From Azolla caroliniana (taxonomy: Eukaryota > Plantae > Polypodiophyta): a DNA stretch of 64,000 nucleotides. The notes under the pieces were generated by a model. That model ran no database searches. It was not told the DNA's origin and worked only from the letters and a program-made list of their open reading frames with translations. Positions 56,172-64,000 of this stretch are shown here, in pieces (position 1 is the stretch's first letter; each line of letters opens with the position of its first letter). Location of the stretch: positions 2,976,001 to 3,040,000 of the forward strand of contig JBHGNT010000008.1 in the NCBI GenBank assembly GCA_043228905.1, read 5' to 3'. The translations under genes and the position numbers were made by a program.

Positions 56172-58937
56172 TTAGTTTATACTTGCATACATACATACAT
56201 ACATACATATATAGATATAAGCTTAATGTGTACATTGTTAAGGGAATGTGTTTGCATTACAGTTACCACGCATGATCAACAAGTATTTAGCTTCCATCAA
56301 GATAACCGGCCTTGTAATGGTTTTGAGGAAGCCCTTGCAAGATACAAGGAAATTGTTCCCCACATAAGATTGGCTGGTGAGTTGCAATTACCATATTCAA
56401 GGTAAATAAGTAACCTTATGATATATGTGTGTGTGTCCATTTTTAACTTTTACTGAATTACTTTCTGTTGCAGGACCAACATCTTTTGCACCAGTGATTG
56501 AAGTGGCAATTGACATTGTTATACAGAGTGGTTGTCAGTACCACGTATTACTAATAATAGCGGATGGGCAGGCATGTTTTGGCGTATTGATGATTATGTT
56601 AGATTGAACTACATATGGATATGCATATATAGTCGTTAATCTTTACATTTTCCCATTTTCATAAGGCCAGATGACTAGAAGCATCGATACTGATTCGAAG
56701 ATGCTAAGCCCCCAAGAGCAAAGTACTGTAGATGCTATAGTTGCAGCAAGGTAATTGGTGATATTCAAGAATATCTAACATAAAAAATGAGAAACTAACT
56801 TTCATCAAAATTATACTTATGATAACAATATGAGTTGTAGTAATGAATTCTTAAAAAGGAACTCGTATGTTCCTTAAGTGTGTTACCTCTCTAGACATCT
56901 GGATTGGTGCTAGCTGTAAATGGGTGACTGGCCAATGTGGAAAATCCATGTGAACATAGCAAACATCCATAAATGGGGCTCACCATGTGATTTCTTCATT
57001 AGAGACCAATGTCTAACATGGTTAGAGGCCAAAATAATGAATCAGAAAAGTTATGTGCCATGTGTTCTCATACCTCCAGCTGAATGAACAAGAGCACACA
57101 AGCAATTACAATTGACGTATGAATGTGACAGTCTGATCTAAGAGTCTGAACCACTAATGACCAGCTGATGTTAACTACAAACTTCCATTTGCACTAAAAA
57201 GAAAAGGCAGTCTTTTATAAAATTTTCTTGAATATAACCATCAATATGCTTATCTGAATTTCTGATAAAACCCAAAATACTTAATAATATAAAAAATACC
57301 TAAACAAGGTTTAAATGCAAAATACAGTGAGTATCCACTCTCTATTGTGCTCGTTGGGGTTGGCGATGGCCCATGGGACACAATGCAGAATTTTGATGAC
57401 CAGATTCCTGAACGCAATTTCGATAACTTTCAGGTAAGGTCTCCCACCACTTCTTCTTATATATAGATTATATTGTGCCAAAGAGTTCCATCTTGTAATA
57501 AGAATGACTTAATGCTGAAATTTTCAAATGGTCTTTTTATCGATTTGCGGCAGTTCGTTAATTTTACCGACATCATGTCCCGAAACAGATCACGTGAGCA
57601 AAGGGAGGCAGCATTTGCTCTAGCAGCTTTAATGGAGATACCAATACAATACCAAGCTGCCATTTCATTAAATCTCTTGAGGTACTGTTTGCTAGAAAAG
57701 AACTATTTACTTAAAGAATGCATTTGCATAATAATACATTTTAACTGAGTTATTATGATGATAAATATTTTTGGGGAATGTCAAAGAAGGAACAATTTGA
57801 GAATCTCGTAAAAGAATGAAGGGGTATTTTGGTAAGTTTCCTGATTTTTTTCCTATGTTTTAGTCGGACAACAAATAGGAGGCCAAAATGCCACCCTTTA
57901 CCTACTCCAGTTCCAGTTCCAGCTCCAGTGGCAGCCTGGAGTCCACAGATGCCCCAGGAGAATACAGCGTTTGAATCATCGCAGAGTGATCTCCAGGTAG
58001 TTTTGAGGTTTCAGATTTCAACAAGATAAGTGATATGATATGTTTATCTTCTGTTATACTGCTACTTAATACACTTTTTCTTTTTCTTTGCAGATGTGTC
58101 CAGTTTGTTGGACAAACCCAAAAAATATGGCTTTCAACTGTGGTCATCAGGTAGTGTTTCATCTTCCCGTGTCTTTTATAACCTGTTAAGTTGTACAATG
58201 ATATGATATGTATATGGTGTGCAACAGTACAGTGTATTTACAGTATATTCGGACGCGTATCCCATGATATATCAATTACACTGAAGAAAATCCAACCTCT
58301 AAATTTGAAGTGTGAGATTATCGCAAATATTCAGATCCACAACAGAATGTTATAATTTAGAACATGAATTAGATTCCTTGACTTATATTAGATATATTCA
58401 TCATCTGATGAATGATCTGACATAACAAGATGAAAAAGTTATAAGTGAACTTAATGCTAGAACTTAGAACGAGACAGAAAAACAGGAGAGAACCAGAGGA
58501 GAAGAAGAAATTGTTGAAGCAAAAGAGTGGGAAAAAGTCCATTTAGAGGTGCTATTTGTTTTGTTTCATGTTAGATAGTTGGGACAACAGGACAATCACC
58601 TGTTTTGAACTGTATTTATGCACAACAGTCGCATGCCTGTCTCTCTATGCCATATGGAAACGACCCTGTATAATGGGTGGAAACACAACCCTACACTCAT
58701 GAAGTCCATTATACGAAAGATAGGTGCAGTAGCTCCTGGATGATTGCCCAGTTTGATGTTCCTTTCACTGATTGTTCTCTAAATATTTGGAAATGACCTT
58801 TCAAATTTTTTTTGTTTTGTACTAAAAATGAGTTACTAATAACTCTTCTTCTACAGACATGCGAAGATTGTGGCAATGACTTAAGCATATGTCCAATTTG
58901 TCGTATCGAGATACAACTTCGATTAAGGCTGTATTAA
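55363..58937 (+). CDS. RGLG: E3 ubiquitin ligase RGLG (RING domain ligase; copine/vWA + C3HC4 RING), complete, 398 aa. Exons 55363-55536, 55669-55753, 55854-55994, 56263-56376, 56474-56571, 56671-56750, 57328-57433, 57554-57681, 57864-57996, 58094-58150, 58857-58937
   Basis: MGGKQSK (N-myristoylation-type start); full vWA domain; [48 protein letters not shown]. Exon phases are consistent and total 1197 nt; intron 5 is GC-AG. Confidence 0.93.
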
Positions 58938-61900
58938 AACATGATGGAACCGGGATACATTTTGACATTAGGGTTGTCTATATGTGAAATGATGTGTACA
59001 TACCCATTTTTTTGCTGGCTGCTTCAGATGCCCTTCTAACCTTGAGATTCCAATTATTGTCTTTGTCTAATCATTCATAATAAGATATATTTACATAAAA
59101 TCTTTGTATAGGCCTTTCGAACAATTTTCTCCTAGAAATACTGTGGTTGAATGTAGCTCAAGAACAACAATTATCCATTCATCTGCCATTACATGGATGT
59201 ATGTGCTCTGCTCTTATGCTTAAAATGAGGTGATTGTAATATATACTTATGTAAATGCCATATGGACTGATCTGCAAATGTAACATTTAACATGTGCCTA
59301 CCTGATGCTTGGCTTATGATTTCTGAGATACTAAAAACTTGTATATATTTTTAGCTAGTCCTGCTGTAACTATTCTTATATGGTAGGTATCTTTGATCCT
59401 TTGAACTCCTCATTTTATTCTCAGTAGTAGAGCAAGAAATAAAGCTTCATGTGTTTTGTTGGTGCCCACATGTACAAAAAAACAAATCAGAATTATGCTT
59501 ATTATAGTATGATTCTCTGTGATGTCTTGTTATTTGTGTGAAAATCTATGTTTAAGGTGTGAATTGTTGCACCCAGAATCCCGAGATGATCTGTAGTTAT
59601 GTGAAAAGCTGTATTAAGGTCCAAATTTAGGCACTCAAACCTTCGACTCTACATCTTTAATTATGTGAAATTCTTGGTTAACATGTGTGACTTTGGCTCC
59701 CCAATCTCATCATATATTTTGTCTTGAATTTTATTACTAATCAAAATTGTTCCCATTGATTACTTGGTTTATGCAACATCGAAGGACGCCCTCATATCAC
59801 TCTTGCGTTGGTCATGTGCTTGCCACAATTGCTTATTTTATCCATTGAATTTCCTAAGGATTTCCTCACATCAGTCTGGTGTGCTCATGTGCATGCTACA
59901 ATCACTTGTTTTATGCAACTATTTGCCAAAGCATGTGCTTGTATCATTCTTGTGCATGTTATAACTACTTGTTTTATTCAATGATTTGTCAAAGCATGTC
60001 CTTGTATCACTTGTGTGCATGCCATAATTACTTGTTTTATTCAAGAATTCACCGAAGCACATCCTTGCATCAGTTGTGGGTGTCATGTGCATGCTATGAT
60101 GATTTGTCTTGTGTAGTTAGTGATTTGCCAAAGCATGTCCTCACGTTGGTTGTGTGGTCATGTGGATTGAAGTTGAGATGAATGGTTTTTGTTTGAAGAG
60201 GAAAACAAGATTTTGTTAGTATGCATTTTTAAATAACCATATTTGTAGTTCTTATGGATATCTAGTTGAATGCTATCATATCCAGTTCCTAAATACAGAT
60301 TTTCCAATAGGATGGGGGGATTATACATACGAGTTGTGGATGAAACAATGCATTGTCATATGCATAAATTGTTAGCATTAATTATCATGTCCATCTTCTT
60401 ACAGTTGTAACCAATGGATCTCAACCACAAAATTCAACAATGATAAATACTTCACGCTATCGCAACCTTTTCTTATGGCTTGAACCCATACCAAAACACA
60501 ATCTATCAGTAGTTTAATAAAGCATATGATTCTGGTTTGGAAGTAAGGTTTGCATTAAAATTTATTGAGTGTCAAGTTGCAAACTATGTTACAAAATACA
60601 CAAAGGTACTAGACGTCAATTAAAACATGTTTTTGAGCAACACCAACTCCATCAACAAACATGTTATCAACACACAATGATACTTACGGAAACCGTATCA
60701 TCAACTCCGTGAGACACTCATGTTGTGTGGAGAAATGGCTAGTTTAAGGAAATATTTTGCATGGAAAATATCAAACTTACACATGGATTGAATAGATTTA
60801 TTATCTTCCATTTGTAGAAATATATTTTTCCAATAGCGTTAAGGAAATCCTATGCATACCTACAGGAAAAGAGGTAGTACAAAATTATGTAGGGTCTTCT
60901 TTTATCTACCTTTCTTTCACCTCTTTTCATCTTTACTCCTAATTTTCACTAACTTTTATATTGTGCATTGTCTTTATTCCTTTAATAGTGTAACTTTCTT
61001 AAAGCTAGTTCGAGAATAAAGATCTCCTGAAAAGTTCGGATGCCTATCATATGGGTACGAACCATAAGGAGTATGGGCGTCCTATATATGCAAATGCACG
61101 ATGGATTTAGGCTTCTTGAAGTGAAAAAATAAAATGCTCAAGCTCAATTTGCACGAAATGAATAACCACCAAGTTTGAACATCCAGAATGAATGACTCTA
61201 AAACACATTCCCACTTGCAAGGTCTAAACTCCAAAGTTCCAGATGCGATGCACATACTTTTCATCTCTCTTTAATCACTACCCAATTCTTTCTTTTGCAC
61301 AAAGATGGCTACCAATGTTTGTATAAATTTCCATTTCTAATGGGCAAATCTATAATCATGATTTAGTATAGTCTTCCATTGATATCCTGTTTCCAAATGT
61401 GTTATATTAACTTCACATTTCATGTTGTATTTTCCAACTTCCACGACCTCGTAAATTAAGTGGTATAAAATTCATCCCTAGTCAAATTAAGGAATGAGTT
61501 GGCTTACACAAACAACACACTAAAACGTCTCCATAATAAAACTTCACAAAGACATGACAAGAAACAAACAAAATTTGACCCTCGGTCCTCTTCACAATAC
61601 TAAATATTGTATAAAGACACCACAAGAAACAAATAATTCCATGGTATTCCTTGGTAGTTGAAGTCAAACCTTATCTCACCGACACTTCCAACTTTCAACC
61701 CCAAATTCCACAAAATTGTCTTAATCCCATCCAACCACTATTCATCATTGTTACATTACTATTCCCCACCATCCTTCCCACCCACTAATCCTGCGGCAAA
61801 CCTAACCACACTTTGTAATCACTCATTCTTTATGACACAAAGGCCATCAACAACACTTTGTGAATGCGCGTGTTCTTTGGGAACAAAGCTTAGCAACTTA

Positions 61901-62028
61901 TCACATATTGCAAAATTTCTTCAACACGTACACGAGTGACACCAAAAAGCCTGAAGTACGTATATAGCTATACATTCATGTATATCTTTCCCCAAGTATT
62001 GAAGAGCCTCTTTTCTCGAAACATCTAT

Positions 62029-62568
62029 TTACCAAGAAATTAGTGTGGGGTTCTTTGCATTGCGTGTAAGTGACGAAACCATGACTGTTTCAACTGAATA
62101 AAAGTCTCCACAATGGTGCAATAGATTATTGCGTACGGTATTCGTGACAAGGCCAAGGGGCTTCCACCACCATAACATTTTTAGGCCGTGCAACAAACAT
62201 CGAAAAATGGCATCTCTCACTCTAGATAAAAACAAGCAAACAAAACCAAAAGTTCCTCTTTTCTCACCTAGAAGATTCTATCACCGAACTATATACCCTT
62301 CGGTTTCTTCACCCTAGCACAAAAACGGATAATGTGAAAGGGTCTTTCGAAATAGTATTTCGAATTGCGGGCAAACAAAACACATGTTTCGGCGCCTATC
62401 CTTGATTGCAAGGCCTCTTTGATCAACCAAATTGGACATCATGGATCCACCTTTCCATATACAATTCTCAAAAGTGGAAAACCATGGCATTACATACCCA
62501 AGCATGGACATTATGATCCTTGTTATGTGTGTGTGTGTGTGTGAGTGATGGTTCTCTCCATAGTCCAA
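62029..62568 (-). mobile_element. Possible degenerate LINE (zf-RVT-like) remnant
   Basis: CIWK...RGLAIKDR...CFVCP...TLSH.PFLC loosely fits zf-RVT; weak. Confidence 0.3.
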
Positions 62569-63168
62569 ATGGACACCTTAACTTGGGTGTCATCTTGATC
62601 TTGGTGTAGATGGGTTTCTATATTATACATCCAAATTAAGTTCCAAACCCTAATAATTAGAAATGAAAGAAATTAAGCCCAAAAGAAAGTGGGCATTCTG
62701 TAACTTGGATGCTATGCCTCTCTCCAAAAGCAAAAAGCTTATTATCCTTTTGGCTCCATCATTACATCTTGGTCTTTCACACTTAAGATCTCTTTTACAG
62801 AGATGGAACTGTACATCTGCCTCATGGCAATTGCTTCACATGAGTGTCTTTTCCTTTATTGGGAGGGGGAAAAGCTAATAATAGCAAAATAGAGCTTGCA
62901 TATACACACATAAACACACACACACACACATCAACACTAACATAATATCACAAAAGTTAAGCTTACACAATCCTCCATGAGTTTGCTCCAATTCACAATA
63001 AAGCCCATATTGCAATAGTATGTGGGCTTTGCACGATACCCCGAGGGGTTCTCTGTAGGACCCGATCGACCGTGAAGGACCATGAGATTGGACACCCCCC
63101 CACATCTACTCTTGTCCGAGACCGAGACGGCTTTAAGTGTGAACAAATTGGAATGGGATGATGGGGGC

Positions 63169-63987
63169 TTAGATCTTGTAGAGCTTCTCGGCTTTTATAA
63201 CGGGATTGGCCTTGGCGATGGACGCCTTGCCGGCCGCTTTGTAGTCGAAGGGGCAGTCATGTGTGTCCGAGTGCCGATGGGCGGGGCAGAATGTGTCGCC
63301 ACATCGGCACTTGAAGCCGCGCAACCCGACTTTCTTGGAGCAAGCGAAGCACCGGAGAGGAGGAGGTCCCGCCAACGAAGAAGAAGAAGAAGAAGAAGGT
63401 TTGTGGCCATCGGACAATCGGGGGGCTGCCGTTCTCTCAAAGCCCGCGATCTGTACAGTTTTGTCAGGTTTTCTATTGCAATTCATGAATTGGGCAGATT
63501 CCCTCTCCAAGGCGAATCCGGCGGCTTTCTCGGGTCTCTCCTTCTCCTCCTCCGAGACCATCAAAACTTCCACTTCTGCCCTTGGATGGGCAGTGGAGAG
63601 GAGCAAAGGCAAAGAAGGAGAAGGTGAGAGAAGAAGAGGAGATGGTGTAGAGAAGAGGAGGCTTGAAGTGGTAGGAGGAGGAGGAGGAGGAGGAGAAAGA
63701 GAAGAAGGGAAATCTAATGGAGATTGCTTCTTCAGGAGCATAAGGTCCCTGTAGCATGAGGAGCAAAGGTTCATGGAGGATGTGGAGCCAAAGAAGCCAC
63801 AATTGTTGGTGCAGAGGGAAGGGGGGGGAGCATCATTAAGGGTTGAAGAAGAAGAAGAAGAAGAAGAAGATGGAGCAGGAGCAGGAGCAGGAGCAGTAGC
63901 AGTAGCAGTAGCAGAAGAAGGAGGAGGAGGAGAGGAAGAAGAGCAAGGGGACTCTTCTTGTTCTAATTTCCAGCTCTCTTGAGCCAT
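63169..63987 (-). CDS. SAP: A20/AN1 zinc-finger stress-associated protein (SAP), intronless, 272 aa
   Basis: A20 finger LCTNNCGFFGSTSSMNLCSSCYRD; AN1 finger RCFACSKKVGLRGFKCRCGDTFCPAHRHSDTHDCPFDYK; C-terminus IAKANPVIKAEKL. Confidence 0.95.
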   Translation of the reverse strand: MAQESWKLEQEESPCSSSSPPPPSSATATATAPAPAPAPSSSSSSSSSTLNDAPPPSLCTNNCGFFGSTSSMNLCSSCYRDLMLLKKQSPLDFPSSLSPPPPPPPTTSSLLFSTPSPLLLSPSPSLPLLLSTAHPRAEVEVLMVSEEEKERPEKAAGFALERESAQFMNCNRKPDKTVQIAGFERTAAPRLSDGHKPSSSSSSSLAGPPPLRCFACSKKVGLRGFKCRCGDTFCPAHRHSDTHDCPFDYKAAGKASIAKANPVIKAEKLYKI

Positions 63988-64000
63988 GGTAATGGCTATG

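Noticed and set aside
63082-63982. Plus-strand and alternative-frame ORFs overlapping SAP
   Set aside because: Shadow ORFs of a GC-rich, triplet-repeat-rich gene, with no recognisable domains.

Overview
Land-plant nuclear DNA with spliced genes, many microsatellites and many transposons. A fern-like source is only an impression and is not demonstrated. From left to right the window holds: the last two exons of an ABCC13-type ABC transporter; Copia and hAT/MITE debris; a 3-exon DnaJ gene; a RIN4/NOI-domain gene; and a tandemly duplicated RIN4-RGLG-SAP neighbourhood. That neighbourhood has three RGLG (vWA/copine + RING) E3-ligase copies. The third (55363-58937) is complete. The first two have both lost the Met1 codon (ATG>AAG, which removes the Met-Gly myristoylation start) and both RING exons, yet keep an open, spliceable vWA frame. 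The duplicated RIN4 copy is broken by a defective Copia (32542-44060). Nested in that Copia is a very young chromovirus-type Gypsy (33432-40423) with an uninterrupted ORF, non-canonical TG..TA LTRs and an array of five regularly spaced hairpins in its 5' leader. A ~49-bp minisatellite derived from a hAT terminus lies upstream of the truncated RGLG copies. The window ends with an intact A20/AN1 SAP gene on the minus strand. All calls come from manual reading; no database searches were run.
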